DNA from: Eledone cirrhosa
Taxonomy: Eukaryota
Direction of reading: 5' to 3'
NCBI GenBank assembly: GCA_964016885.1
Contig: OZ024742.1
Location: forward strand, 68,138,001 to 68,202,000
DNA length: 64,000 nt
Shown here: in pieces, positions 14,803-29,559 of the stretch
How positions within the stretch are numbered: the stretch's first letter is position 1
Layout of the letters: each line of letters opens with the position of its first letter
Translations under genes and position numbers: made by a program
Notes under the pieces: model-generated
Database searches by the model: none
Seen by the model: only the letters and a program-made list of their open reading frames with translations
Told to the model about the DNA's origin: nothing

Positions 14803-15442
14803 GTTTATGATATTATATATTATTATTTTGTAATTTTCCTGGCTATATTCATAGTATTGCGGTCTTTTGAATGTGACTTGAACCAGGTTTCGTTGCAATT
14901 TTTAAAAGAAAATATAGACAAAGTTACGTTGGTAAACTATTAAAAAACATAGTATTTAAAGATATAGACGCTACAAAAAAGACATAGTATTTATATGGCA
15001 TACAAAAACTTGTAAAATATATAGACAGTAACGTATAAGTGTATATGGCAGTGGGGAATATAACGGCAATAAAAATAAGAAAGAATTCTGGACATGTAAA
15101 ATAATAAAGATGTTATTGAAGTGGAGCGAACAATAGAAAGTTTAATATGGTGGATATTGTTGTTGTGCCAATATCTATTTAGATTATGTCTCTCAGTTTG
15201 ATATGTTATATAAACTAACAGTATGCAGTTTATGTATTAGTAAAAGTAGAGGATCGACCGTGAGCTCGACGTTTTCGGCTAGTTACCTCTTCTTATAAAT
15301 ATATATATATGTGTGTGTATGTGTTTATGTATATGTATGTGTGTATGCCTAAATACACATATATATACATACTAATAACACATCGTGTTATTGCAACTCC
15401 GTGTTCGTCTTGTTATTCTTGATGTATATATATATATGTATA

Positions 15443-15652
<210 letters not shown>

Positions 15653-16502
15653 AGTCGGATTGTTGTAAAGATTTAGCAACGATATTTTCATTCATACAAA
15701 CACACACATACACAAACATAGACAATCACACACGTGCACGTACACGCATTCGTGCGTGCATTCATACACAACAGCATCCACTGGAATATATGTATATACA
15801 CTACAATCTATCTGAGTTTCTGGCCTGTCAATACAGATTCATCAACATCAACAATGGCTGTGACGGTAAACGTCTGAACTGGAAGAGGAATAATTTGATT
15901 GTATACATACATAGATATGCATGTCTATCTATATGTCTATGTATGTATATATATATGTATGTGTGAGTGTGTGTGCGTGTGTGTGTATGTGTGTGTATGT
16001 GTGTGTATGTGTGTGTATGTGTGTGTGTGTGTTTGTGTCTCTGTGTATGTGTCTGTCTCTGCGTATGTGTCTGTCTTTGTGTAATACATAGTATTAATCA
16101 TATGGCTTATGGTTATTTTCCTACTGTTTCAACATACAAGAAATTAATTATAATTAATTACTATTCACCGCAAAACAGTGTGAAGTTTCCAGAAAATATC
16201 AAAGTTTATTATTGTTTCATAAAAATAATCCCGTATACCCAAAGTGTTGGAAATATGATATGATAGTTTTCACAAAGAATTGGATATGTGAAGCAAAACC
16301 CCATTTCTGGTAATCAACATCAATGTCATAGATTAGTGTAGTGCATTTCTTTCTTATAATAGATCTTAGTAGATTTCTCTGCTAAGCTTGATACATTAAG
16401 TATATCTTAGACGTTCAAAAAGATTTCTGTCCTCTTAGTATATTTTTATATCTCTCTCTAAATAACTATGCATATGTATATACATATACATACATACATA
16501 CA

Positions 16503-16538
<36 letters not shown>

Positions 16539-16546
16539 TATGTGTG

Positions 16547-16590
<44 letters not shown>

Positions 16591-17214
16591 TGTGTGTGTG
16601 TGTGCGCGCATGTGTGTGTGTGTTTCTGCGTGTGTGTGTGTGTGTATGTATGTATGTATATACATATTATATATATTTACCATTTATGTTATGTTGTTTA
16701 CGGGATTAAGGTTGTTCAGTCTGTGGTCAACTATTCTGGTTCCTAAAGGAACCGTTATTAATCTATTTCGTTGTTAGTCCCTGTGAGTGATAAAGCTTAT
16801 TTTCACTGCCAGGCTAGTCTGTGGAGTAACGTTCCCCTCTATGAATGATGTTGTATAGAGTGAAGAAGGGTCTTGTTTGGCCTAATGCGTTTGAACGTGG
16901 CTAGATGCATGTGTGTAAGTTAGATCTTATTTACATTCAGACTGCCTCTCTGATGAAAACATATGGAATAATCGTTGAATAACGACCTTTCTGTCACTTC
17001 GAAATGTGCATAACAGGGGACATAATGGGATGTGATGATGTTGAATATGTGATACAATCAGTCTTCATTTATTTTCTAAATATATATTGGTACACCATCT
17101 AATACCATACACGTAATAACTTGTGGCACCCATGACGTCGAGAGTTCCAGCCTGATTACAAGATTGTTGGTCCATCGATTGAATGAGACAACACTGATTA
17201 TCATAATAAGCAAA

Positions 17215-17292
<78 letters not shown>

Positions 17293-17298
<6 letters not shown>

Positions 17299-17692
17299 TA
17301 AAAGGAATTCCAACTTTGTCTGATTTACTCGTTTTACTTTCAATCCTTTAAAATGTATAATGGTATTAGAATGAAATAGTATGGTAGAATATTAAATGTT
17401 AAGTATTAATTGAACAAGTACTTTCATGCTTTCGCAATCTTCAGGTTTCATATTCAACACAGTTGAAAATTGCAAACTTGACTGTCACCACAGAATATGA
17501 ACCTGAAGATTGCGAAAGCATGAAAGGACTTGTTCAATTAATACTTAACATTAAATATTCTACCATACTATTTCATTCTAATACCATTATACATTTTAAA
17601 GGATTGTAAATAAAATGAGTAAATCAGACAAAGTTGGAATTCCTTTTATTAATATAATCTTGTATACACAATCATACACACCCGTGTATATT

Positions 17693-17693
<1 letters not shown>
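17293..17693. mobile_element. Family C inverted Penelope-like insertion with two hammerheads (17411-17450 -, 17498-17536 +)
   Basis: tgaac CTGAAGA t-tgc-gaaa-gca-t GAAA G(T/G)AC TT gttca; arms ~17293-17455 and ~17493-17655. Confidence 0.85.
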
Positions 17694-17725
<32 letters not shown>

Positions 17726-18059
17726 ATAATGTGTGTGATTGTATATGTTTGCGTTTGTGTTTGTGTTGAGAGGGTTAGATAGGTAACCTCAGTGAGATTT
17801 GAACTCAAACTATAAAGGATACTATATAATATTTTATCGGGTGCTCTAACAATTGCATCGTCCATTTATGCAGAAGGTCAATAGATCATTTTGGAGAAGA
17901 GTAAAAGAACTTTCAATTCCCCGCAATACTTGATTGGCACTATATCATATTGACCAAAAGATGATGAGATACAGCTTCCTTAAAATAACCCCGGTTCTCC
18001 TCACCTGTTCAACTATTGGTAATCAATTTCTGTCTCAGGAAACACAACCCATTTTTTCG

Positions 18060-18248
18060 CAGCTGCCTCACCTGCCGTAAATAACTACCAAATTTCCTTT
18101 CAATTACACACATATCGTCTTTAAAATGAAAGAACGTATGAGGTAGTACGCGTCTAGATATTCCCACCAAAAAAGATGGTGCGATAATGTCTAGGAATAT
18201 CTTTGATCATAGGTCAGCTCAATCAGAATTGACGACGGCTTAAACAAG
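18060..18248 (+). repeat. Old interspersed repeat tail (related copies ~53930-54130 +, ~55205-55365 -)
   Basis: Shared ctttgatcatag...ctcaatcaga...aaacaa pattern, highly diverged. Confidence 0.45.
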
Positions 18249-18681
18249 TCTATTTTACACAAGTCATTTCATGACTCGAAGTGAATGTATCTCACATATG
18301 TAATGCAACTTCGCAATTACCACAACAACACACAATCACGCTAGAGTTCAGAGCCGCGAGGAACTAAATTTTCAACAGGAATGAAATCTTTGAATTGCTC
18401 TGATTCAAAAAATATTTATCATTCATGTTGAAACGTAAATCCTATGTCTAACCAAGACAATTTACTCAGATGTTTAGATGGTGCTACACCGTTATAGTTG
18501 CTAATTATGCTATTTCAATGAATTTCGAATGCTAATAATCTTGAGAGAAGCATAAAGGGCAAACCAATAAGTTCTCCATCACATACTGCTTACCTAATTC
18601 AACTTCAATACCTCTTTACACTCGCTCTCTCTCTCTCTCCCTTTCCCTCTCTTTCTCACTCTCTCATTCTCTCTCTCTCTC

Positions 18682-18729
<48 letters not shown>

Positions 18730-19293
18730 TCGTACTCTCTATTTCTATATGTCTATCTCTCTCATTGTGCTTCTCTACATATTTCTAAATTTATCCCTGA
18801 AAATTATTACCTCTCGATATCACACTTTGCCTGGGGATTCCTTTAATCCTGTTGCTCATTATCACTACAACGTACTGAAATACAGTGGCTTTAAAGACAG
18901 AATAAGTTACATGCAGTACAACGCCCATATTCAGAACTACAAAAGTAGGAAACAGAAGTGTATACGACACATGCTAATTCTTACACGCCACTTACAACTC
19001 TCAGTCAATGAGTATGTGGGAGAGGGCTTCAAGCAACTAGAATACGCATCATTGAAACTGACGGAGACGCATTTACATCAGTGCCTACCTATTTCAGGTA
19101 AAATGCTGTCTCTCTCTCTCTCTTTCTCTTTCTCCCTCTCCCTCTTTCTCTTTCTCCCTCTCCCTCTCCCTCTCCCTCTCCCTCTCTCTCTCTCTATATA
19201 TATATATTGTGTATATATATGTATATATATATATAAATATATGTATATGTATATATATATCTTTCTCTCTTTCTGTCCCTCTCTCTCTCTCGC

Positions 19294-19352
<59 letters not shown>

Positions 19353-20309
19353 GTATATATTTATATATATATATATATGTGTATATATATGTATATATAT
19401 ATATCTTTCTTTCTATATCTATCTATCTATGTGTGTGTGGGTGTGTGTGTGTGTGTAGGTAAATACATGATTATATATGTAAGTGTTTATATCTGTGAGT
19501 GTATGTACGTATGTGTGTGTGCATGAGTGTGTCTGTCTTTGCATTACTGTTTATATACACATGTGTATATGTTGGAGCTTTATATATGTATGTACGTATG
19601 TATTCACGCATATATGTGTTTACCTATTTATGCACGTATGCATGTACGTATGTATACCTGAAAGGTACAACTGTTTTATATAAAGTAATGAGCGTTTGGT
19701 AATTCGGAAAGAGAAAGGAGATCCGATGCCTCCAATTTGGCAGCAAAGGAGACACACCCACACACGCATACATAGATCATAGACGAAAAAAAAAAAACAA
19801 CAACAACAACAATAACGACAGTAAGAACGAAAGAACAGTATATAAAAACAATAAACCAGGGGAGATTGAAAAAAATATAACAAAGAGAAATAAAACCAAA
19901 AATCGATATTGGATAAGACAGCAGGATTATAATAGAGTATAATGGTTAGCCAAAGAAGAGCTGCGTTTTCGTGATCTGAAAAGATGCCGGGAGGAAGATA
20001 GTAAAATATAAAAGCAACGTTGTATCGAATATATAATGGGAAGATAATCGATCCTCTACGTAAGAAAATGTTGGAATGGAACCCATGCATCGACCACTTC
20101 CACGTTATCTCTACGACATACGCATTCATCTCAATTATTCAACTCCGTCATACGCTCATGTTTAATCTAGTTTCTTTTCCTTTTTTTCTCCGGTGTTTCT
20201 CTCTCTCTACCTCTCTCTCTCTCCATCTCTCTCTCTCTCTCGCTCCACATCCAAACAGACACATGCATACACATACACACACACACACTCACACATATAT
20301 ATATGTATG

Positions 20310-20340
<31 letters not shown>

Positions 20341-20341
<1 letters not shown>

Positions 20342-20706
20342 CCGAAATCACAGACTAGATCCCTTCTTCCTCCCGTTAGACCTGTACGGAATTCCTTCCT
20401 TGCTTACATTCCAACCAGGTTTGATGGTCTTTATTCTCTCTCGTTCACGATTTCACCGAATTTAAATTCATAGAAATTTGGGACTTGACTTCTTCTTCCT
20501 CACTTTTCGTTGTTCACCATTTTTTGTTGTTTACACTCGTGTCCCCTTTATTTACGTGTCCCAATGACATTTTTTAGCCGTTGCTCGCACCAACCGGAGG
20601 TATATGGTCTTTAAAGCGATGAAATACCAATGATGGTTGGAAGATCACTGATGAAGGACTAACTTTATTCATATGTAACCCATTAGCAACGCCGCAGCAC
20701 GTTTAT

Positions 20707-20710
<4 letters not shown>
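20341..20710 (+). mobile_element. Family D (TA)n-embedded repeat (copies 47900-48330 -, 21052-21174 -)
   Basis: Near-identical to the reverse complement of 47900-48195; contains gatcaCTGATGAagga but no closable hammerhead. Confidence 0.7.
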
Positions 20711-21051
<341 letters not shown>

Positions 21052-21197
21052 ATGAAAAAATGGCGTGCTGTGTTTTCTTGCGGATGTGATACATATGAAG
21101 TAAAAATTAGAAAGATAAGCCGGGACTATCCTTCATCAGTGATCTACTAGCCATCATAGGTATTTCTTCGCATTTATATATATATATATATATATAT

Positions 21198-21749
21198 AAC
21201 GTATTAATGAATGGAAACTATCTTTATAAAACCTTATTTATTTTATTATATATATTTCAAGGGTCCAAACATTTTTGGTACCCTCTCATCAGATAACATA
21301 TAAAAGTTATTTTACAGATAGTGACATATTCAAATTAATATGCTAATGATGATAACCATAAAAGTGAAAAAGATCATTATATTTAGACGCTAGGTAAATT
21401 TAAATAGTTGTTAGGATTAATTTTTAAGGAAAGATGAGATAGAGGTTATCCTCATTAGCATATTAATCCCCAGATTTGTAATTCTTTTTCACTATTCAAA
21501 CAGAACTTATAAGTTCTTGTTTTGAATATGTCACTATCTGTAAAATAACTTTTATATTTTATCTGATGAGAGCGTACCAAAAGTGTTGGTACCCTTGAAA
21601 TATATATAATAAAATAAATATGGTTTTATAAAAATAGTTTCCATTTATTAATACTTTTGATATTATACTCCAGAAGAAAAGTGTAGAGTGCTTCTAATCT
21701 GTTATAAACTAATTTTGTTGAATAACCAACAAATTAAATAACTCATTCC

Positions 21750-21750
<1 letters not shown>
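21198..21750. mobile_element. Family E inverted Penelope-like insertion with two hammerheads (21241-21296 -, 21557-21614 +)
   Basis: ttttat CTGATGA gagcgtaccaa-aagtg-ttggtaccctt GAAA TATATA TA ataaaa. Confidence 0.85.
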
Positions 21751-21786
<36 letters not shown>

Positions 21787-22034
21787 GTGTGTGTGTGTAT
21801 TAGGGTGTTCCAGAATCCCACATTTTACACAAAAGTGTTTTTTTCCTAGCTCCCTATGCATTTTCTCATGCCATTTTGTATATTATCAATGTATAATGTA
21901 ATTTGGATTATTTCAGACTAATTTAAGCTTTACCTAATAGTTGCAAATTGGCAGAATACTGGCAGAAACCAGTGGGCCTAGTTGTAGCTACTCGCTCTGT
22001 TGTGATTTTCGAGTAATATGGCTCCTGGGGCAAT

Positions 22035-24215
22035 ATGTTACATCCTTTTCACCAAACAAAATACCAACAAAGGGGGATGTTCTATGAATACAGAAATTTA
22101 CAAAAACACAAAGGTTCTAAGTCAAACAAAGTAAAGGAAGCACTATTTATTTCTGAATTGGATTCGTATTTCTACATTGCACATACTGATGCTGAAAAGA
22201 AAATTTTGAAAGACCGTCTTCGTAATAATTGTTTCTACTTTTGGCACAAGGCCAGCAATTAGCCAGTGTATTACTGGTAGTTTATTTTATCGACCCCGTA
22301 AGGATGAAAGGCAAAGTTAATAATGAACAGAAAATGGAAGATGCTACATTTCTCGAAGCCCTGCGTTGCCAGAAAAAAGTATCTCTGAGTGCTGAAGACA
22401 AGGTTTACCAGAAAAAGGTATCTTCAAAGTTTAAGCGTGATCCGGTTTCTGTGGATCGTCGAGAGTCAGAGAACCATAGAAAGCGTTTGTCAGGATCTGT
22501 AGCAGCACAACTTCCACAACATGAACTGAGTGATTCAAGTTCAACCAATGAGGAAACTGAAGATGAACAGGATCCTGAATTTCAGGCCTCAAACCCACCC
22601 AGAGACAGCTCAAAGTCAGACAAGAAACAAAAAATCCAGCTGGAACTCCCAAAGAATCCATTTCAAAGTCCAAAAATTTCTCTAATGGCTGATCTTTTAA
22701 ACCTGACACTGGGCCAGAGAACAGCATTTATGGCATCGATTATTTCTGAGGGTGGGACTGACATAGACGCCACAACTCTCTCCAAGTATAGTAGCAGACG
22801 TGCAGCTAAGAAGATCAGAACTGTGGGGGCTGAACACAAAAAGGAACAATTTGCTGTACCAGACTTTGTTACCTTGCATTGGGATGGCAAAATAATTCCT
22901 GGTGACCACGAGTGGCTAGATCTGCTAGTTGCTGGAACTCCGGACTTCAGAGAAGGTAAACTCCTCGGTGTTTCCATAATTCCTGATAGCACTGAAACCA
23001 CCCAAGCCAAAGAATCATTTGATCTTGTTACAGATTGGAATGTTGATGGGTCTGTGGTGGGCTTGGTCTTCGACACAACTGCTTCGAATTCTGGATGGAA
23101 AAATGATGCCTGCGTGAAACTAGAAGAGATGCTTAACAAAAAGATGTTTTATTTTGCTTGTCGGCACCATGTCATGGAGCGTATTTTGTGTGCAGTGTGG
23201 CAACAACTATTCGGAGCAATGTCCAGTCCAGACACTCCAAAGTTCAAGGAGTTCAAAAAAGATTGGGTGTCACTCACGGACAAGACCAACTTTAAAACGT
23301 TGAACATTGTCGACCGGAAACTCAAGCGTCTGCGTTCTAAGAACATCAAGTTCCTCCAGGATTTGCTGGCATCCGACGATGGGAAAATGAGTTCTCTTCC
23401 ACGGGACGACTACCGAGAATGTGCCGAGTTGATGTTTATATTGCTTGGTGTCACCCCTCCTCGTGGAATTCATTGGATGCTGCCTGGTGCACATCATAAC
23501 GCTCGGTGGATGTCCACAATCATCTATAGTGCAAAGATGTATGCATTTGGTGAGCGTATCAATTACGATCAAGCTAAAATGGAAAAGTTGCGCCGGATCT
23601 GTATGTTCAATGCTCTGCTCTACGTACGATATTGGCTGACAGCAGTCAAGTGTGCTGATGCACCGTCCAATGACCTTCAATTCTAAATGGTGTTGACACA
23701 GTACAGTAAGGTTGACAGAGATCTCTCGCAGGCAGCCACTACTGCTCTGAGCAGGCATCTTTGATACCTGACGGAGGAAGCCATTCCGCTAGCGTTGTTT
23801 TCAAGTCGGGTCCAAGAGTCCGAGAAGAAACAAATAGCCCAACGTCTTGTCAAAACGAAAACGTCTGGGCCTCTCGACCGTGGTGCTCCAGTATTTCCCG
23901 AGTTGAAGTCGTCAACAAAGCTGCCTCATTTAGTTGGGAAGAAATCAAGGCTTCTGTTCGATCTCCTTGGTCTCTACGATACTTGGCTTGAGCTGTCACC
24001 TGCAACTTGGTCATCACAAGTGTCATATCAAAATGCCTGTGCTGTTGTTCAAAATATCAAGGTAGTCAACGATCTGGCGGAGAGAGCAGTCAAGTTGATA
24101 ACTGATTTTGTTTCCATCACCAAGAATGAGGGGGAGAAGCAGTATGTTCTTAAAGTAGTCGAAGCTCATCGTCGCAAGGTCCCGGATTTCAAAAAAGATA
24201 TAACTGGAGTTAACT
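22035..24215 (+). pseudogene. hATm-type DDE transposase (stops at 23684 and 23762, frameshift, SINE insertion)
   Basis: LHWDGK, FDTTASNSG, ACRHH (CxxH), HNARWM, VVNDLAERAVKL. Confidence 0.85.
22228..22320 (-). mobile_element. Truncated SINE interrupting the transposase
   Basis: SINE tail between ...KDRLRN and NEQKMED..., with a short taat duplication. Confidence 0.85.
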
Positions 24216-24491
24216 TAACTGAACTTGTTTCTTCCTTGTACGCCTTTATATTCAAAGCTGGTTTACTAAATATAATGGATTAATAAAATAAACAATTATT
24301 GTATGGTCATATTTGGTTCATGGTTTCATTCAACATAATCACGCTTTCCACTATCATCACCATGATATAGGCAAGGCTCAAAGTAATTTATTTTATACAC
24401 AATATGTTTTGTTTTACCAATTGGACATTTATAATGGGGAAATATACAGGGAGCGTTAGTATTGTGACCTTGGTTTTTATGGCACACTCTA

Positions 24492-24551
<60 letters not shown>

Positions 24552-24553
<2 letters not shown>

Positions 24554-24820
24554 CGAAGGAAAAGTGGTAAGGAACCAGATGGACCACAACCCTCTTTCTT
24601 CTACTGGCAAGTTCAGCTACCCCTTCCTTCCACAAAATGCCATGATAGAATTATGTGTTTCAATAACAAACTTTTTACCAATCCTTGTGACAATCACTTT
24701 TACCATATATGGAATTACCCCCTGAGAAGCTCGGCTTCATGTACCAGGATAAAAATGTTCATTTAGTCCAGAGTTAGCCGTCGAAACGGCTTGAGCTCAG
24801 CCGTCGGATCCTACTCGTTC

Positions 24821-24822
<2 letters not shown>
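24552..24822. mobile_element. Family A insertion with hammerhead variant (core CTGAGAA, 24717-24810)
   Basis: acccc CTGAGAA gctcggct...agccgtc GAAA cggct-tgagctc-agccg TC gg. Confidence 0.75.
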
Positions 24823-24896
<74 letters not shown>

Positions 24897-25002
24897 ATAT
24901 ATATATTTAAATTTATACAGGGTGTCCCAAACAAATGTATACATACATTTATTAGAATGGTGTTGAAGTGTGTATATAATGTGGAGGTACATCCTGTATA
25001 TG

Positions 25003-25035
<33 letters not shown>

Positions 25036-25048
25036 CTGTTTATATATA

Positions 25049-25095
<47 letters not shown>

Positions 25096-25301
25096 GTTTG
25101 TAGTTGTAAGGCCAAGACAATGCAGGTATGGATATAGAATATAAATGTAAATGCAAAAGATATTGTTGACAATTAGTCGTTTACCTTAAATTTTTTTTAA
25201 ATATCCTTAATTTTCTAGATAATATCTCTTCTTCGGAGGGAAGTAAAGTAAAGTGGTCAATCCAGTGTTCTTCCTCCATATATATATATATATATATATA
25301 T

Positions 25302-25731
25302 GCAGACGTTATATTTAATTTGTTGGGATTCAACAAGCTTAAACATGTTTATAACTGATATAAAGCACTCAACAGTGATGTGGAGTAAATACACAATATT
25401 TTAATAAATGGAAACTATATTTATAAAACCATATTTATTTTATTATACATATTTCAAGGGCAACCAAGGCAAGTTATAGAGCGCTTTCTTCAGATAAAAT
25501 ACAGATTTGATTTATAAATAAATATTGACATACCCGGAAAAAAAGTCAACCTGAACTATCCAGGAAGCTCCAACCGTTAAGGTTGTCTTTTTTTCCGGGT
25601 ATGTCAAAATTTATTTATAAAACAAATCTCTATTTTATCTGATGAAAGCGCCACCATAACTTGCCTTGGTTGCCCTTGAAATATGTATAATAAAATAAAT
25701 ATGCTTTTAAAAATATAGTTTCCATTTATTA

Positions 25732-25740
<9 letters not shown>
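25302..25740. mobile_element. Family E-related inverted insertion with two hammerheads (25439-25499 -, 25633-25695 +)
   Basis: ttttat CTGA(T/A)GA aagcg...ccctt GAAA TATGTA TA ataaaa; arms are reverse complements. Confidence 0.82.
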
Positions 25741-25778
<38 letters not shown>

Positions 25779-25864
25779 GTGTATATGTCTAAGTGTGAGT
25801 GTGTCTCATGCTCTCAACTACGTTTATCCAGTACTCTAATAATATGAACTGACTGTTTATATTA

Positions 25865-27542
25865 CACCGTGTAACTAAAACATTTTTTTTCTCTGTTCCT
25901 GGCTTGTAATCCCTTTTTTGTGTTACTTAGGTCCCAAATAAATAAAAAAAATAAGTGCTATTAAACAGTTAAAAGTTTGGGTTTGTAAAAATTCTTAACT
26001 ATTCACTAGAATTATTTGTATGCTGGATTTTACGTTGTATGCAAGTTTAATTTGTATATGTTAAATGATTTTTTTTATATATGTTTCAGGTTGAAAATTG
26101 TTAAAAAGTGGATTAAAGAGATTTATTGATACTGGATTTTCGCATCCTGAATAAAGGGTAAGTTGTGTTTTAAGCATTCGTCTCCAGGATGAAGCAGTGG
26201 AACTTGGTCAAGGACAAGTCAGAGAAGTCGACACAAACCTTTCTCAGGCTTTTACACTCTTAGGGATGGCCTCTGCTTCAGCCATGACGTGCCTGGACTG
26301 TTTGACGTTATTGGGGTGCCGTTTGTGCCCAAGGAGTGGCGGCTATTTATAGACAGCTCCACTACAAGTTTGAAGGCACTCTTCCTCCACAATCGAAACA
26401 AGTTCCCGACACTGCCCCTAGCTCATTCAGTCTGCCTGAAGGAAGATTACTACAGTGTGAAAGTCCTCTTGGAAGCTCTGCAATACAACCAGTACAATTG
26501 GGAAATCATTGGAGACTTCAAGATGGTGGCTTTCCTGCTTGGACACCAAGGAGGCTTTATCAAATTCCAATGCTTCCTCTGCCTTTGGGAAAGCAGAGCC
26601 ACCTCTGACCACTACAAAAGAAAGAACTGGGAGCAGCGAACAGAATTTGTAGTTGGGACCCGGAACGTCATCTGGGAGCCACTGGTTGATCCCAGGATTG
26701 TGCTCATGCCGCCACTGCACATTAAGTTGTGGTTGATGAAGCAGTTTGTGAAGGCTCTCAACCAAGAATCAGCCGCTTGTAAGTACCTTCTTGATTTCTT
26801 TCCCAAGTTATCTGCGGCCCAAATCAAAGTTGGAATTTTTGTTGGACCTCAGATAAAGAAGGTGTTTGAGTCTACCGAGTTCTCCAATAAGCTCAATAGG
26901 ATTGAGCGAACAGCATGGAACTGTTTCAAGGCAGTTGTTAAGGGCTTCCTGGGCAACTACAAAGCTGAAAACTACCAGCAACTGGTGCAGGATCTGATAA
27001 AGGCTTTTGGCGCCATGGGATGCAGGATGTCGCTTAAACTCCATATCCTGGACGCTCACCTAGAAAAATTCAAGACAATATGGGCACCTACTCAGAAGAA
27101 CAAGGCGAACGATTCCACCAAGATGTGAAAGAGATAGAGCGGAGGTACCAGGGCCACTACAATGAAAAAGTGATGTGGGGGGGGGGGACTATATATGGGG
27201 GCTAGTGCCGGAATGCGACTTGGACTACAACTGCAAATCCAGGAAATCCAGTCATTTCTGACGTGTATAATTTGCTTTATAAGTGTTATTTGTTTTTACT
27301 CGTTTGCTTTTGATAAGCTTGTGTAATAAAATAAATATATACTCTGTTGATTTAATTATATGAACTGTTAAATTTTTTTTAAAGTGTTTTTTCTTGAAAA
27401 ATATGAAAATTTCGAAATATCAAACTCCTGACCACAAACCCAAACTTCTGATTAAATAATAGTATTTTTTTAATAATAATGGGATATAACAAACCATGAA
27501 ATGATACTTCGAACCGGGTAACAAAAAATACGGTACACGGTG
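25865..27542 (+). mobile_element. Chapaev3-type (CMC) DNA transposon, internally deleted
   Basis: TIR CACCGTGTA / TACACGGTG with 3-bp TSD TTA on both sides. Confidence 0.85.
26200..27260 (+). pseudogene. Chapaev3-type transposase C-terminal half
   Basis: WRLFIDSS, GDFKMV, CFLCLW, PPLHIKL.LMKQFVKAL, GIFVGPQI, MSLKLH; frameshift before EEQGERFHQD. Confidence 0.85.
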
Positions 27543-27835
27543 TTATTAGCGTATATTTTATGTGGCTGCGTATTCCACAAACACATGTATTTATAGCTTA
27601 AACCCCAAGAAGAATCCCCGTTAGATAGTGTATATATGTTCAGACATTTGAACTACATGAGCAGTACTTTCAAGTGGAAAATCTTAGGGACAGCAGAGAA
27701 AAACTCTTCCATACCAAACATTGCATTGATATATTTGTCAACCAAAATGGAAAGCAGCAATATGATCAGCTTGCTTCCGAAAGCTCCGAGTACCTAGGAA
27801 AGTATATGTCAGTTTGTCGTACGTTTTATATAATA

Positions 27836-28388
27836 CTAACAGAATGGCCCGGCGTTGCTCGGAATTCTAAACATAGATTGGCATGTTTATCCCTCCTTTC
27901 TGAAACAGTTTCGTCGTATGTTCACCAATTGATGCAGAAGTCCTAATAAAAAGTGAAGTCGCCTTGGGTGAATAGGCAAATAATTTTCCATTAAGATTTT
28001 TCAAAAGCATGTAATTGCGTTCCCTCTCTTTTTTGTTGTTGTTTTTGCTGCTGTTGGTGTGATAGCGGCCGTTGGTCGTACTACTAACACAGTCTCGTCC
28101 TTCTTCAGTCAATCGTGTATATCCCCTTCTGCCTCGTCAGCAATGAGAACAATATTTGCTCTAGGGTTCCTATATATTTCATATATATTTATCCTTATCA
28201 AGCCTCGTGAAATAAATACGATTGTTTATATTTTGTTATTCTTATATATATTTATTAAAAGAACAGATTAAAGTTTAAGCGAAGAATCGCTGCTTTCACC
28301 CTTAACGGAATCTTCTGAAACTAAAAAAATCAATCTGTGAGTAAATATTTCGAAAAATGTTACACACTATATATATATATACACACTA

Positions 28389-28462
<74 letters not shown>

Positions 28463-28709
28463 GATAGTGTCATAATGCCGTAATACAGACAGCTAGACAT
28501 ACAGACATATATTATAAGGGTGCAACGTTCGGCGCCTAATGCGGTCCCTAGGGCATTGGAAATTTGAAATATGTTGTTCTCATAAAACTCACACGACTAT
28601 AAGTATTACATGTGTAAAGTTTGAAAAAAATCGGTTGGGTGGTTCTCATGTTTTAGGGAGTCAAACAGACATACATACAGACAGACATTCTCCGTTTTAG
28701 ATATATAGA
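27836..28709 (-). mobile_element. Non-autonomous Helitron
   Basis: A|TCTATATATCT 5' end, (tgtc)n subterminal repeat, 3' hairpin ccgagcaacgccggg and TTAG|T. Confidence 0.8.
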
Positions 28710-28825
28710 TAATTCATCTATGTTTACCTATTGAGAGTTATTTCTTTAGTGATAACAATCCCACTCAGGCAACGATACACACACACATACAACACACACA
28801 CACATACAACACACACACACATACA

Positions 28826-28909
<84 letters not shown>

Positions 28910-29058
28910 ATAGAGTGTAACAGCAGAGGTCCGACTAGCTCCTGATTCCAGGACCAGGCCAGATCGATACAAATCGAACCTTGAGGTGATCAATAGTGAA
29001 ACGCGTGTCACCAATCAATAAACGCAATGAAGGCTTAACAAATCGTCCTTGTATTATT
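28910..29058 (+). mobile_element. Family F Penelope-like fragment with hammerhead 3' half (copy 44015-44265 -)
   Basis: GAAA CGCG(T/C)G TC accaa; the CTGANGA half is absent in both copies. Confidence 0.65.
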
Positions 29059-29072
29059 ATATATATATATAT

Positions 29073-29217
29073 CTGGGTTCAAATCCCGCCGAGGTTAACC
29101 TTGCCTTTCATCCTTACGGGGTCGATAAAATAAAGTACCAATAACGAACTGCGGTCGATTTAATCAACCCCCCCCCCCAAAAAAAAGTGCTGGCCTTGTG
29201 CCTATATAAGAAACCAT

Positions 29218-29218
<1 letters not shown>
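29073..29218 (+). mobile_element. 5'-truncated tRNA-derived SINE
   Basis: gttcaaatcccgccgaggttaaccttgcctttcatccttacggggtcg. Confidence 0.85.
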
Positions 29219-29248
<30 letters not shown>

Positions 29249-29476
29249 GCGTGTGTATGTGTGTATGTATGTGTGTGTGTATGTGTGTGTGTATAAGATG
29301 TTACTACTTGTGGCTTATAAGACCATTATTCAAATAGGCACTCCATAGTTGAAAGAAGGTGGAATGTAAATATACGCATTATAAACCGTACAGGGGAGGA
29401 ATACAATCGAAAACTATTTAAGCATAAGTGCAGGGCTTATATGTCTCATAACGATAACAATGTACACGCACACACA

Positions 29477-29553
<77 letters not shown>

Positions 29554-29559
29554 ATGATA

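Larger units (their letters stand above)
21801..24491 (+). mobile_element. hAT-superfamily (hATm-type) DNA transposon
   Basis: Imperfect TIRs tagggtgttcca / tggcacactcta; possible 8-bp TSD gtgtgtat / atgtatat; transposase inside. Confidence 0.75.

Noticed and set aside
16950-16990. CTGATGA at 16950 (also 55981 -) as a hammerhead
   Set aside because: No correctly placed GAAA, NUH and stem I
22229-22320. N-terminus MFLLLAQGQQ... of the 485-aa ORF
   Set aside because: Read-through of an antisense SINE insertion, not transposase sequence
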